DNA of 64,000 bases from Bacteroidia bacterium (GTDB lineage Bacteria; Bacteroidota; Bacteroidia; NS11-12g; UBA9320): the NCBI GenBank assembly GCA_965216465.1, contig CBDCFW010000006.1:1120001-1184000 (forward strand). Reading direction: 5' to 3'. Positions within the stretch are counted from its first letter, which is position 1. Every line of letters starts with the position of its first letter. The notes beneath the pieces are model-generated. The model was not told the origin of the DNA and did not search any database. It worked only from the letters and a program-made list of their open reading frames with translations. Position numbers and translations under genes: made by a program. Shown in pieces: positions 50,206 through 60,178 of this stretch.

Positions 50206-51450
50206 TCAGACGTTTAACTTTTTAATTTCAAGTTCAATATTGGTCTTAGTTTGGTTGGTTAAGTTTAATTCTAGTGCATTGCTTAGCGTTTGAATTGACT
50301 TGTCGTTGTGACCGTTGGCTGCTAGTAAATGTGCTTTTACCAGATAAAAGGGTACGTAGTTCTTCAATGAGAGGTTATCCAATTGCTCTATCAACGCCAA
50401 TCCTGCTTTGGGGCCTTTAACCATGGAGATCGCTACTGCTCTGTTGAGTTCAATTATAGGTGTGGGTTGTAACTCTAATAGTCGGTCGTACAGATCAAGA
50501 ATACCCTTCCAATTGGTTGAGTCATAATCTTTAGACACGGTATGATATGCTGAAATTGTAGCTAAAAGGTGATATAAAGTAACGGTTTGAGTACTTTTTG
50601 ATTGGTCTAAATAAAACAGTCCACTTTGAATCATCTCGCGATCCCATAAGGATCGATTCTGCTCCTGCAGATTTATCAATTGCCCCTCATGGGCCCTAGC
50701 ATCAAAACGGGATAAATTCAATAGCATCAAAGCCATGAGTGCATTTGCCTGTGCCTTTTCAACGATAGCATCACTCTCAATTACTATTTTTAGCAATCGA
50801 ATGGCTTCACTGCATAATTCCTTGCGAATCGACAGGATTCCAGTACTGGCGTGATACCCTTCATTATAGAGTAAATACAACACTTCCAAAACGCTATCAA
50901 GTCTTTTTTCAAGAGACTTACCAACAGGTACAAGCATCTCAATTTCTCGCATTTGTTGCTTTGCCCTAGTAATTCTCTTCTTTATACTCTCTTCATTCTT
51001 GAGAAATGCTTGAGCGATTTCCTTAACGCTAAACCCACAAAGGATTTTTAGGGTAAGAGCAACTTGCGAATCAGATGATAGCTTTGGGTGACATGTTGTA
51101 AATATCATGCGTAATTGGTCATCTGCAATTTCCTTGTCTGTATACAATTCTTTTGGTTCTATGTACTCTTGATGGCTTGTAATGTTGTTAAATATTTTTG
51201 AATCTCGCTTTAACAAATTCAATGCTTTGTTTCTTGCGACCTTATATAGCCAAGCTGAGGGGTTGTCGGGTAAGCCATTATAACTCCAACTCCTCGCAGC
51301 TTCGACCATAGCATCTTGCACAACATCTTCTGCCAATTGAGAATCCAAGCCTTGAAATCGACCTAAAAGAATAGACATTAACTTGCCATATTCATGCCGA
51401 AAAAGGTGTTCTAATTCACTGTTAATTTCGATTCTCGAGCTTTTAGGCAT
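50206..51450 (-). CDS. ECF sigma factor with C-terminal TPR-like extension (ECF42-type)
   Basis: AEDVVQDA..W...P.NP.AWL..VARN; DDQLRMIF..CHP; YLLYNEGY; SRFDAR; ELNRAVA; adjacent DGPF gene. Confidence 0.88.
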   Translation of the reverse strand: MPKSSRIEINSELEHLFRHEYGKLMSILLGRFQGLDSQLAEDVVQDAMVEAARSWSYNGLPDNPSAWLYKVARNKALNLLKRDSKIFNNITSHQEYIEPKELYTDKEIADDQLRMIFTTCHPKLSSDSQVALTLKILCGFSVKEIAQAFLKNEESIKKRITRAKQQMREIEMLVPVGKSLEKRLDSVLEVLYLLYNEGYHASTGILSIRKELCSEAIRLLKIVIESDAIVEKAQANALMALMLLNLSRFDARAHEGQLINLQEQNRSLWDREMIQSGLFYLDQSKSTQTVTLYHLLATISAYHTVSKDYDSTNWKGILDLYDRLLELQPTPIIELNRAVAISMVKGPKAGLALIEQLDNLSLKNYVPFYLVKAHLLAANGHNDKSIQTLSNALELNLTNQTKTNIELEIKKLNV

Positions 51451-51813
51451 TTCTCAAATATAATTCAGTTCTGTATTGCACTTATAGAGCATGTTTGAAA
51501 GGGAAGAGCAAAAAGGCTCAAAGCGAATGGCTTAAATCTTGTTGCACCATTGGCATCGACCATCAATGGCATCCAATCTTCTAAGCTGAGAATTGTTTAT
51601 TCTGATTCTATCTAAAGCATCCCTTCCTGATGCCGTAGAAATTTTGTTTCGTTTTATTATTAGGGTCTCTGAGCTTAGTATTGGGTTATTGTATCGTGCT
51701 CTTGAAGATGAATCCAACTCACGTGAAGTTCTTATTGTCATATTTAAAGAAAGCAGGTCACGATGGATTCGCTTAGAACTCCAGCAATCTGTTTTTTGGT
51801 TAGATTTGCTAAT

Positions 51814-52428
51814 ATGTACATTCCTCCGCATTACCAAGGAAGTAGTCATGCTGACGCAATAAAATTTGTAAGGAATTATGGCTTTGGGATTTTAGTGTCT
51901 AATGGCAAAGGTGGAATTTCAACAACACATCTGCCATTTATTGTTAGACAATTAGAAGACCGATTTGTATTGAGTAGTCATATGGCTAAAGCAAACGACC
52001 AACATGAAGGATTGGATGGGAAGGAAGTTTGGGTCATATTCTCTGGACCTCATGCCTATATTTCACCAAGGCACTATGAGAAAGAAAACAATGTGCCAAC
52101 ATGGAATTATGTAGCAGTTCATGTTAAGGGAAGGTTTCGGATTCTTAACGATAAAAATGTCGACGGATTAATGGAAGAAATGATTTCGAATTATGAGCCA
52201 GATTACCACCAACACTATTCGAATTTATCACTTCATTATAAAAAGAGAATGATGGCAGGTATCGTTGGTTTTGATATTCAAATAATGGATATTCAATATA
52301 AGCAAAAACTAAGTCAAAATAAAACTGATTTGGAACGAGAAAGAATTATCAATTATCTAGTTCAGAGCCAAGAATGTACTGAACGGACACTAGGTCAATT
52401 GATGGCTGAAACTTTAACTGCACCCTGA
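51814..52428 (+). CDS. FMN-binding negative transcriptional regulator (PaiB family)
   Basis: MYIP, HLPF, HMAKAN, GPHAYISP, VPTWNY.AVH..G, KLSQNK. Confidence 0.9.
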   Translation: MYIPPHYQGSSHADAIKFVRNYGFGILVSNGKGGISTTHLPFIVRQLEDRFVLSSHMAKANDQHEGLDGKEVWVIFSGPHAYISPRHYEKENNVPTWNYVAVHVKGRFRILNDKNVDGLMEEMISNYEPDYHQHYSNLSLHYKKRMMAGIVGFDIQIMDIQYKQKLSQNKTDLERERIINYLVQSQECTERTLGQLMAETLTAP

Positions 52429-52432
52429 TTGA

Positions 52433-53224
52433 ATGGAAAAGTACGATGCCATAGGAGTGGGCTACGACCAAAACAGGAATGCAGATCCATACCTGGCTTC
52501 AAAGATCCTTGAATTCTTACAACCAGCCGAAGGAGAGGATTTATTGGATGTTGGATGTGGGTCTGGAAATTACACACTTAGTCTAGCCGTTAAAGGAATT
52601 AATATCGTTGGAATAGACCCTTCGGTGGTTATGCTCAATAAAGCGCGAGAAAAAGACCCCAATATTCGCTGGTTGGTTGGGAAAGCAGAGAAAATTCCTT
52701 TGGGTTCAAATGAGATTGATGCAACGATTTGTACGATGACCCTACACCATTGGACAGACTTGAACTCTGGGTTAGAAGAAATTTATAGGGTGATGAAGCC
52801 AAATGGAAGGTTGGTCATACTGACTTCTACTTCTGAACAGATGCACACTTACTGGTTAAATCACTATTTTCCTGCAATGATGTCAGCAGCAAGTAGCAGA
52901 ATGCCCTCAAAAACGACCTTGCTGTCTGCTCTTCAAGCGTCTGGCTTCTATGTGCAAAAAATAGAGAAATACTTTGTACATGATGATCTTCAGGATTTAT
53001 TCTTATACAGCGGTAAAAACTACCCGGAAAGGTACTTTAATCCTCAATTCAGGTCTTCTATTTCTTCGTTTAATGACGATGCTACAGAGAATATGATAAA
53101 CTGGGGATTACAGAAACTTAAGGAGGATCTAGCCAACAATAAATTTGAAGAGATTAAAGAGCTTTATGACAACAGTCTAGGTGATTATCTTTTTATAGTG
53201 AGCACAAAAACTTCTTCATCATGA
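52433..53224 (+). CDS. Class I SAM-dependent methyltransferase
   Basis: LDVGCGSG, GIDPS, LHHW, RVMKPNG. Confidence 0.9.
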   Translation: MEKYDAIGVGYDQNRNADPYLASKILEFLQPAEGEDLLDVGCGSGNYTLSLAVKGINIVGIDPSVVMLNKAREKDPNIRWLVGKAEKIPLGSNEIDATICTMTLHHWTDLNSGLEEIYRVMKPNGRLVILTSTSEQMHTYWLNHYFPAMMSAASSRMPSKTTLLSALQASGFYVQKIEKYFVHDDLQDLFLYSGKNYPERYFNPQFRSSISSFNDDATENMINWGLQKLKEDLANNKFEEIKELYDNSLGDYLFIVSTKTSSS

Positions 53225-54099
53225 AAATTGGAATTTTAGGTGTTGGGGCTATCGGTAATTTAATGGCTTCACTGTTAATAGCGGGAGATTACGAACTCTT
53301 GTTCTTTAACAGAAGAAAGTTAGAACGTCTTAGGATTAGAAGTGAGGAACATATTACTGATCTTCCAATTGAAACTGTCACCGAGCCAGTTAATAAGGAA
53401 CTCGATTGGTTAATAATTTGTCTTAAAGAATATCACTACCAACGTGCTATGGTTTGGTTTACAAAATTAATTGGTAAGTCCACAAAGGTGGCGGTTATTC
53501 GAAATGGACTTAATCATAAAATTCCTTTATTAGATTTTGCGAATGACCAACAACTGTTGGAATGCATAATTGATTGTCCAGTTCAACTAGATTCAAAAGG
53601 TTATTTTCAGCTTAAGAAACCTAAAATAATCTGTAGTGCAGGAAAATTAGGCAACTCATTTTCGTCACTTTTTAAGAAAGATCAGATTACGATAGTTCAG
53701 TCCTTGGATTTTAAGACAGAAGCTTGGAAAAAAGTTTGTCAGAGTTCGGCTCTTGGAGGATTGCTATGCGTTGAACGAGACACTTGCCGAATATTCAAAG
53801 ATGAAAAAAACGTAATCAAATTTATAAATTTGCTTGAAGAGTGCATCTCCGTGGCTCGTGCGGATGGGGCCAAAATTGAGCCTGATTTTGTTCAGCTAAA
53901 AGTTAAAGAGTTAAGACATTATCCGCCATCTAAAGGTAGCTCTATGTTATCTGACCTCTTGGCCAACAAACCCATTGAACTTGGAGCAAAAAACGGGTTA
54001 ATCTCAAAAATGGGGCAAAAGTATTCACTTTCTACACCCTTGAATGACGATATTGTGAAAATCCTGAGGAGTGAGAGTTTCAATGGATTTTTACTATAG
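53221..54099 (+). CDS. Ketopantoate reductase family protein (PanE-like)
   Basis: GVGAIG Rossmann motif, RNG, W.K, SSM..D....P.E, TP.N. Confidence 0.85.
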   Translation: MKIGILGVGAIGNLMASLLIAGDYELLFFNRRKLERLRIRSEEHITDLPIETVTEPVNKELDWLIICLKEYHYQRAMVWFTKLIGKSTKVAVIRNGLNHKIPLLDFANDQQLLECIIDCPVQLDSKGYFQLKKPKIICSAGKLGNSFSSLFKKDQITIVQSLDFKTEAWKKVCQSSALGGLLCVERDTCRIFKDEKNVIKFINLLEECISVARADGAKIEPDFVQLKVKELRHYPPSKGSSMLSDLLANKPIELGAKNGLISKMGQKYSLSTPLNDDIVKILRSESFNGFLL

Positions 54100-54231
54100 G
54101 TTAGATTTTATCCTATCTTCCAAAGGATATGTCATTCAGCTGATAAACTTTACTTAAAACGCCATAATGTTGGTGTAACATGCGGTATATTTGGGCAGAA
54201 TTTTACCGATTTCATTTAAAAACCATCCTTT

Positions 54232-55068
54232 ATGAAGAAAATATTTTTGATATTTATACTTCCACATTTCTTGATTTCTTGTAATTCCAAGAGTCCAGAT
54301 AAGGAGCAAGAGAACAAGGAGAAAAGGGTAATTTCTAACATGTCGGTTGAAATTAGCGATAGTTCATTTAATGCACCCGACTCAGTTCCTGCTGGATACG
54401 TAAACTTAAAGCTAACCAACAGTTCTTCTGGAATGCACTCGGCACATCTTATTAAATTAGCTAATGGTTACACAACTGAGCAATTAATACAAGCCTATGC
54501 AGACTCCATGAGAACCGGGGGTGCTAGGCCAAAATGGATGACGCACAGAGGAGGAGTTATTTCAGAACCTGGAAGCAGTGAAATTCAATTACTGCTAGAT
54601 TCTGGAAACTATACTTGGGTTTGCGTGATGGGTGAAGAATCTGCACCTCATTTTGCTGGACACGAACACAAATCTTTAAAAGTTTACGGAACATTTGGCC
54701 CGACCCCAAATTTGCCGCAAGCAGATTTGACAATAAATATGACCGATGAAAATTTTGAGTTAAGCAAGCCTGTCTTAAAAGGAAGTCAAGCCATAGACAT
54801 TGTAAATACAGGTTCAAAATATCACTTGGTAGCCATTTCAAAACTAAACGATGGTGCCGAAGCGGAAGATGTAATCAGTTGGTTTACAAACTACAATGGT
54901 CCACCGCCAGCTAAAGGAATTATAGCTACCTCGGCAATCGGCCCCGAATTAACTGCAAGAATCAATGTTGAATTTGAATCTGGCAAATATGTTCTTTACT
55001 GTATGGCAAATGCAGAAGGGAAGTTTCACTTATTAGATGGAGCAATAACTTCATTTACTGTAGAATAG
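54232..55068 (+). CDS. Lipoprotein with two cupredoxin-like repeats
   Basis: LISC lipobox; two N....H...L.KL ... G.Y...C........H repeats; TATATTTG at 54186. Confidence 0.6.
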   Translation: MKKIFLIFILPHFLISCNSKSPDKEQENKEKRVISNMSVEISDSSFNAPDSVPAGYVNLKLTNSSSGMHSAHLIKLANGYTTEQLIQAYADSMRTGGARPKWMTHRGGVISEPGSSEIQLLLDSGNYTWVCVMGEESAPHFAGHEHKSLKVYGTFGPTPNLPQADLTINMTDENFELSKPVLKGSQAIDIVNTGSKYHLVAISKLNDGAEAEDVISWFTNYNGPPPAKGIIATSAIGPELTARINVEFESGKYVLYCMANAEGKFHLLDGAITSFTVE

Positions 55069-55134
55069 AGAAGTAAAATTGAAGTTTATTAAGTTGAAGA
55101 AACTGCCCTTGAAAGGAATCTCTACTGCTCCAAT

Positions 55135-55746
55135 TTGACTAGATTTGAAAATACTTTGGATCGCAATCATCATAGTGCAATTAATGAGCTTACCAACCTT
55201 CTAGGTTCACTCTTTCCATTAACCGAAACACAAATTTCAGAACTTAAAGTAGTATGCTCTGTTGTGAATTTCAAAGCGGGAGAGCCATTATTGGTTAGAG
55301 GAGATTCAGCAAAATGTATTTATTATGTAATTAAAGGAGCTCAAAGAGGTGTGCTATTATCCGGCGAAAAGGAATCGACATTGTTCCTTAGTTTTGAAGG
55401 CTCCTTATGTACTAATGTTGAATCAATAATTACAGGATCGCCTGCCACATATGGAATTGAGTGCATTTCAGATTCCACTTTATTAAAGATCCCAAGATCA
55501 TTCTTTTATGATTCAAGATTTGAGGAAGATAATATCAAGTTGAGAGAAGCAATTTTTTCCAATATTTTAGTTCAAATGAATCGGCGTATCGAAGAGCTAT
55601 TGGGCCTAACCGCAGAAGAGAGGTTTAAAGTTTTTTTGTCCAGATCAGGTAGTGTCTTGAACAAAATACCGCATAAGTATATTGCCTCTTTTCTTGGCAT
55701 GTCTAAGTATACTTTTAGTAGGCTGCTTAATTCTCACCGACTTTAA
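55135..55746 (+). CDS. Crp/Fnr family transcriptional regulator
   Basis: cNMP-binding-like N-terminus; TAEERF, IP.KYIASFLGM...T.SR HTH. Confidence 0.88.
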   Translation: MTRFENTLDRNHHSAINELTNLLGSLFPLTETQISELKVVCSVVNFKAGEPLLVRGDSAKCIYYVIKGAQRGVLLSGEKESTLFLSFEGSLCTNVESIITGSPATYGIECISDSTLLKIPRSFFYDSRFEEDNIKLREAIFSNILVQMNRRIEELLGLTAEERFKVFLSRSGSVLNKIPHKYIASFLGMSKYTFSRLLNSHRL

Positions 55747-55771
55747 AAGTTGCTGAAGAGCAACTTTTAAA
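55742..55771. promoter_or_regulatory. Perfect 13-bp inverted repeat, candidate Crp-family operator or terminator
   Basis: tttaaaagttgct-gaag-agcaacttttaaa between crp and the hydrolase gene. Confidence 0.55.
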
Positions 55772-55795
55772 ACAACTGCATTCTCCAAAATTGCA

Positions 55796-56890
55796 TTGAG
55801 AAATAGTCACGTTATTATCTGTATTTGCATGATCAATATTTGGAAATTGAAAGGTTGTTTGAGGATTTTCTTGATAGTTTTGACAACAGCAATACTAATT
55901 ATCATTGCAAATCGCTTAATGGCAAAACCAATAGTCTCACCAGAATTTGTTAAAGTCAACGATCATTCCCAATGGATCTACTATTTTGGTAAAGATACTT
56001 CAAAGCCACTGGTTTTATTTGTACACGGAGGGCCAGGAACGACAGAAACACCCTTCTTTCATAAATACAATAAGAATTTAGACCAGGATTATTTGGTCGC
56101 ATTTTGGGAGCAACGAGGAGCTGGTAAAACGTTTAGAAATAAATGTCCAGATTCAACCATGAATCTTGAACAAATCGTTTCTGATTGTAAGGAAGTTACG
56201 GAGTATCTTTTGCGAAAATTTAATCGTAAAAAGTTGATCTTAATTGGACACTCGTGGGGCACAATTGTATCGATGCATGTCTTGGATAGATATCCTCACC
56301 TTTACCATTGCTACTTTGGAATTGCGCAATCAAGTAATGCATACGAAGAAGAACTAGAAATTCATAGATGGCTGGTGTCTACTGCGACGATCAATAAAGA
56401 TAAAAAAGCATTAAAGAAACTAATCAAACAAGGCCCTCCAATTAAAGGTAGAATTACACCCCTTGATCAAATAAGCTATCGCGTATCGTTGGTAAACAAA
56501 TATGGAGGAGCAGCCTTCTACAATAATCCAAAAGGCTACAATGAACTGGTTAAAGCTGTATTAAAAGCTCCGTTCTATAATATTAGAGATAAACTCAATT
56601 ATTTGCGAAGTGAGAAATACTCCCTTAAACTGATGTACGGAGATTTTGCTAATGTAAATCTATTTGAATCGATTGACTCACTTAAAGTTCCAATAGTGCT
56701 ATTGCATGGTGAAGGAGACTATCAAGTTCCTATTGAAATTGCTACATCTTTTTTAGAACATCTAAATGCACCCTATAAGAAAATGTACCGCTTAGAAAAT
56801 ATGGCTCACGGTGTATTATTCGAAGATCCTAAGAAGTTCAAGACTATTATTGATGAAGAAATCAGGAGTTTAAAAATCTTAGAAGGCTGA
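55796..56890 (+). CDS. Alpha/beta hydrolase (proline iminopeptidase-like); true start probably downstream
   Basis: HGGPG, WEQRGAGK, GHSWG, G..D...P, H. Confidence 0.88.
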   Translation: MRNSHVIICICMINIWKLKGCLRIFLIVLTTAILIIIANRLMAKPIVSPEFVKVNDHSQWIYYFGKDTSKPLVLFVHGGPGTTETPFFHKYNKNLDQDYLVAFWEQRGAGKTFRNKCPDSTMNLEQIVSDCKEVTEYLLRKFNRKKLILIGHSWGTIVSMHVLDRYPHLYHCYFGIAQSSNAYEEELEIHRWLVSTATINKDKKALKKLIKQGPPIKGRITPLDQISYRVSLVNKYGGAAFYNNPKGYNELVKAVLKAPFYNIRDKLNYLRSEKYSLKLMYGDFANVNLFESIDSLKVPIVLLHGEGDYQVPIEIATSFLEHLNAPYKKMYRLENMAHGVLFEDPKKFKTIIDEEIRSLKILEG

Positions 56891-56992
56891 GACCATTCAC
56901 GCTCTATAAATCACTTCGGACTAGAAAGATATTCCTAAACGACCATTTATTTACTTTGTGTCTGGTGAGATGTAGTAGCAAAGATCTTCTAC

Positions 56993-57469
56993 CTACCAAA
57001 CATATCGGATACCGAGGGCTAATCCCCAACCTAATCCATGGTCATTCCCAATAAAATCCCACATAGGTCTACCGTCAATGCTTAGTTGAAATGGAGCTTT
57101 GGATGAAAAGTTGTATTCAATTCCTACTTGTCCACCTATAGATAGACTCATATGATCTTCGCTACGCTTGTGCTCATGAAATCCAATTGCAGCTCCTGGT
57201 CCTGCATACCAATTTAACCCCCCGTCTAGATTCCAAACCCACTGATAAATTCCAGCAATATGAGTGTGGTTGTTATTACTATTTCCATAAAGACCAAGAT
57301 CAAGTTCCAGCCTGTTTGATGAGCTGAGTAGGTGCTGATAACTTATTTCTGCACCATTAATATCACCATCACCTCCAAGCCTTAATCCTAAAGCATGAGA
57401 GCTAATTTGGCCAAGTGAAGAAAAGCCAAGTAGACCGGCACCTAGTATTGTAAATAAAATCTTTTTCAT
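56993..57469 (-). CDS. Small outer-membrane beta-barrel protein
   Basis: Signal peptide; ALGLRLG, WYAGPG, GIEYNF, LS.D.RP, GLALGIRYVW. Confidence 0.75.
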   Translation of the reverse strand: MKKILFTILGAGLLGFSSLGQISSHALGLRLGGDGDINGAEISYQHLLSSSNRLELDLGLYGNSNNNHTHIAGIYQWVWNLDGGLNWYAGPGAAIGFHEHKRSEDHMSLSIGGQVGIEYNFSSKAPFQLSIDGRPMWDFIGNDHGLGWGLALGIRYVW

Positions 57470-57799
57470 GTTTTTGATTATATAAATTTAATGATATTAG
57501 AAAAATCCTCTTTTTGCAGTTGCAATATACAAGAGGTGAAGGAAATGGTGTGAGAAGAATAAGGTTTAGATTGGTTGGTTGTTATCTAATTTTTACAATC
57601 AAACAATTGCATGGGTCTATCAAGGTCGTCTTGAGCAAATTTAGCATAGCTCTGTAGAGAGACCTTTGAATCGATAAATCGGGTAAATTTGAAAACCTAG
57701 GGTCTTTGCGTATATGCAATTCTACAGATTTCATAATATTATTGCAAACTGTCGGTTTAATTTCGTTCTGAAAACTTTAGACTGCGCCCAACTGAAAAA

Positions 57800-58627
57800 A
57801 TGGAAATAAAGGATAAAATTATTACAGAGTCTAGAAAATGGCATAACACTATTCTGAATGGCGATCCAGTAATGAATGTTTTGGATTTCTGTACATTCAT
57901 TACTACATTATTTAAGCAAAATCAAAATTGGTTGTTCAGAGGTGAATCACACTTGTTTGATAATCCAATGACACCATCTTTATTAAGGGAGAATATTGCA
58001 GATCTTAACAGAAGCGACCCCAATAGAAATATTACTGATCTTGAAATTAAGGAAGTTGAAAAATGTCAAAATGAAGTAGAAAATGGTGTAATAACCGATA
58101 AGTATTTAAAAGCCTTTCTTCCAATGATGCATTTAGACGATATAAATTGGCTACCATTGGCAAGACATTTTGATTACAAGACGAGACTTTTAGATGTTAC
58201 TTCTAACCCCCTTGTTGCACTTTATTTTGCATGTGCAAGCTTACACAAAGGTAAAATCTCTACTGATGATGATGCCTTTGTTTATGCCTTTTTAAGCGGA
58301 AACTTACGTCCAGTAAATGACAAAAACAAGAAGCAAAATACAAGTTCAGACTTTCCTCCAATACCTATTAATTACCTCGATTTGTACGATGTTGATAGTC
58401 AGTTTGATGTTGACTTTAATAGGATGCCCTATATTTTTGAGGCCAGCATTCCACAGCAAAGGCTTGTTGCACAATCTGGAAAATTTATTTTTTGGAAAGA
58501 GTTAGCTCCAGTCCTGCATGAAAAACAAATCATACCAATTAGAATTTCTGCCTCAGAAAAGCAAATCATTTTAAACGAACTAACCGCCTTTGGAATTGAC
58601 CAAAAATCGTTATTCCCAAATGTCTAG
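57800..58627 (+). CDS. FRG domain protein
   Basis: WLFRGE, ARHF..KTRLLD.T.NPLVALYFAC, R..AQSG.F, L...GI....LFP. Confidence 0.9.
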   Translation: MEIKDKIITESRKWHNTILNGDPVMNVLDFCTFITTLFKQNQNWLFRGESHLFDNPMTPSLLRENIADLNRSDPNRNITDLEIKEVEKCQNEVENGVITDKYLKAFLPMMHLDDINWLPLARHFDYKTRLLDVTSNPLVALYFACASLHKGKISTDDDAFVYAFLSGNLRPVNDKNKKQNTSSDFPPIPINYLDLYDVDSQFDVDFNRMPYIFEASIPQQRLVAQSGKFIFWKELAPVLHEKQIIPIRISASEKQIILNELTAFGIDQKSLFPNV

Positions 58628-58693
58628 GAACCTTCTGAAATGTTCAAATAGATTAAATGGAGAGACGATAAATAATTAAATCTGTTTTACCTC

Positions 58694-58754
58694 AAAAAAA
58701 AGCCCTCCTTTCGGAGAGTTTTTCGCTACTTTTCTTAAACCCTCTAGCCCCTAG
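58694..58754 (-). repeat. Degenerate copy of tRNA-Glu 3' end plus downstream spacer/terminator
   Basis: tagcccctag (58745-58754) equals 58852-58861. ttttcgctacttttc and a preceding A-run/hairpin occur in both copies. Confidence 0.55.
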
Positions 58755-58807
58755 TCCCTACGTTTGTTGGGATAAAGTCCCCTAGCTTTGTGCCTAAAAT
58801 TAGGCAC

Positions 58808-58838
58808 AAAAAAACCCAACCTTTTCAGGCTGGGTTTT
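58808..58838 (-). terminator. Intrinsic terminator downstream of tRNA-Glu
   Basis: aaaaaaacccaacc-tttt-caggctgggtttt imperfect hairpin, giving a U-run on the minus strand. Confidence 0.6.
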
Positions 58839-58851
58839 CGCTACTTTTCAG

Positions 58852-58923
58852 TAGCCCCTAGGGGAATCGAACCCCTCTTTCCAGGATGAAAACCTGGCGT
58901 CCTAACCGATAGACGAAGGGGCC
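58852..58923 (-). tRNA. tRNA-Glu (TTC)
   Basis: Reverse complement GGCCCCTTCGTCTATCGGTTAGGACGCCAGGTTTTCATCCTGGAAAGAGGGGTTCGATTCCCCTAGGGGCTA folds as a cloverleaf with TTC anticodon and GTTCGA T-loop; CCA not encoded. Confidence 0.95.
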
Positions 58924-59084
58924 AAATTACTTTGGTCTCTTCTTCTAGACATTTATCGTCTAGATCCGGCTCCGAAACCTTCGGAGACAACAACGAAAAC
59001 TTGTTTCCAAGCAGGGCTTCCGTCGTTTTGCGGGTGCAAAAGAAATATTAATCTTCGAAATATCAAAAAATATTTCTAGAATAT

Positions 59085-59092
59085 TAAATTTG
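59085..59092 (+). promoter_or_regulatory. -7 promoter element for gap
   Basis: TAAATTTG 40 nt upstream of the gap ATG, followed by an A-rich leader. Confidence 0.6.
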
Positions 59093-59132
59093 CACCTTCA
59101 TTTATCAAACACAAACTTAAAAGTCACTAAAA

Positions 59133-60116
59133 ATGAGAGTAGCCATCAACGGTTTCGGTAGAATTGGAAGACTAGCCTTTAAATGTCTTCTTGAAAAATC
59201 AAATGTAGAAGTTGTTGCAATCAATGATCTTACAGATAACGCAACACTTGCTCACTTGCTTAAGTATGACTCAGTTCAAGGAAAATTCAACGGAACAGTT
59301 GATTCTAACGATGAGTACCTTATCGTTAACGGAACACAAATCCGTGCAACTGCAGAAAGAAACCCTGAAAACCTTCCATGGGCAGAACTTAATGTAGATG
59401 TAGTTCTTGAAAGTACTGGTATCTTTAGAAGTCCAGAAGGTGCAGGTAAACACATCACTGCAGGTGCTAAAAAAGTTGTAATCTCTGCTCCAGCTTCTGG
59501 TGATATTAAAACAGTTGTTCTTGGTGTTAACGAAGACACTCTAACTGGTGAAGAAACTATCGTTTCTAATGCAAGTTGTACAACCAACTGCTTAGCTCCA
59601 ATGGTAAAAGTTCTTGACGACCTTTACGGAGTTGAAAGCGGTTTTATGACTACTATCCACGCTTATACTTCTGATCAAAGATTACAAGATGCTCCTCACT
59701 CTGACTTAAGAAGAGCTAGAGCGGCTTCAGTATCGATTATACCAACTAGCACGGGTGCTGCTAAAGCGGTTGGACTAGTATTACCACACTTACAAGGTAA
59801 ACTAAACGGTAACTCTTTACGTGTTCCTACTCCTACTGGTTCTGCAACTGACTTCGTTGTTACGTTGAAAAAAGATACTACTGTAGAAGAGGTAAACGCA
59901 GCATTCAAAAAAGCTTCTGAAAACGAATTGAAAGGAATTTTAGAATATACTGAAGATCCAATCGTTTCAGTTGATATAATCGGAAACCCACACTCAGTTA
60001 TTTTTGATGCCTTAACTACTATGGTTCAAGGAAACACTGTTAAGCTAATGGGTTGGTACGATAACGAAGCAGGATACAGTAACAGAGTTGCTGATCTTAT
60101 TTCTAAAATCGGATAA
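59133..60116 (+). CDS. gap: Type I glyceraldehyde-3-phosphate dehydrogenase
   Basis: [24 protein letters not shown]. Confidence 0.98.
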   Translation: MRVAINGFGRIGRLAFKCLLEKSNVEVVAINDLTDNATLAHLLKYDSVQGKFNGTVDSNDEYLIVNGTQIRATAERNPENLPWAELNVDVVLESTGIFRSPEGAGKHITAGAKKVVISAPASGDIKTVVLGVNEDTLTGEETIVSNASCTTNCLAPMVKVLDDLYGVESGFMTTIHAYTSDQRLQDAPHSDLRRARAASVSIIPTSTGAAKAVGLVLPHLQGKLNGNSLRVPTPTGSATDFVVTLKKDTTVEEVNAAFKKASENELKGILEYTEDPIVSVDIIGNPHSVIFDALTTMVQGNTVKLMGWYDNEAGYSNRVADLISKIG

Positions 60117-60138
60117 TCAAAACATCAATATATTAATT

Positions 60139-60167
60139 AAAGGTCGACCATTTGGTCGACCTTTTTT
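60139..60167 (+). terminator. Intrinsic terminator after gap
   Basis: aaaggtcgacca-t-tggtcgacc stem followed by a T-run. Confidence 0.8.
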
Positions 60168-60178
60168 ATTTTTACCCA

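Noticed and set aside
51532-51862. Overlapping ORFs 51532-51849 (-) and 51593-51862 (+)
   Set aside because: No recognisable motifs, they overlap each other and the paiB start, and they lie in a divergent promoter region. A small real gene cannot be fully excluded.
39254-58627. Calling the accessory region a mobile element
   Set aside because: No integrase, transposase or distal att copy was found; only the local tRNA scar is supported.
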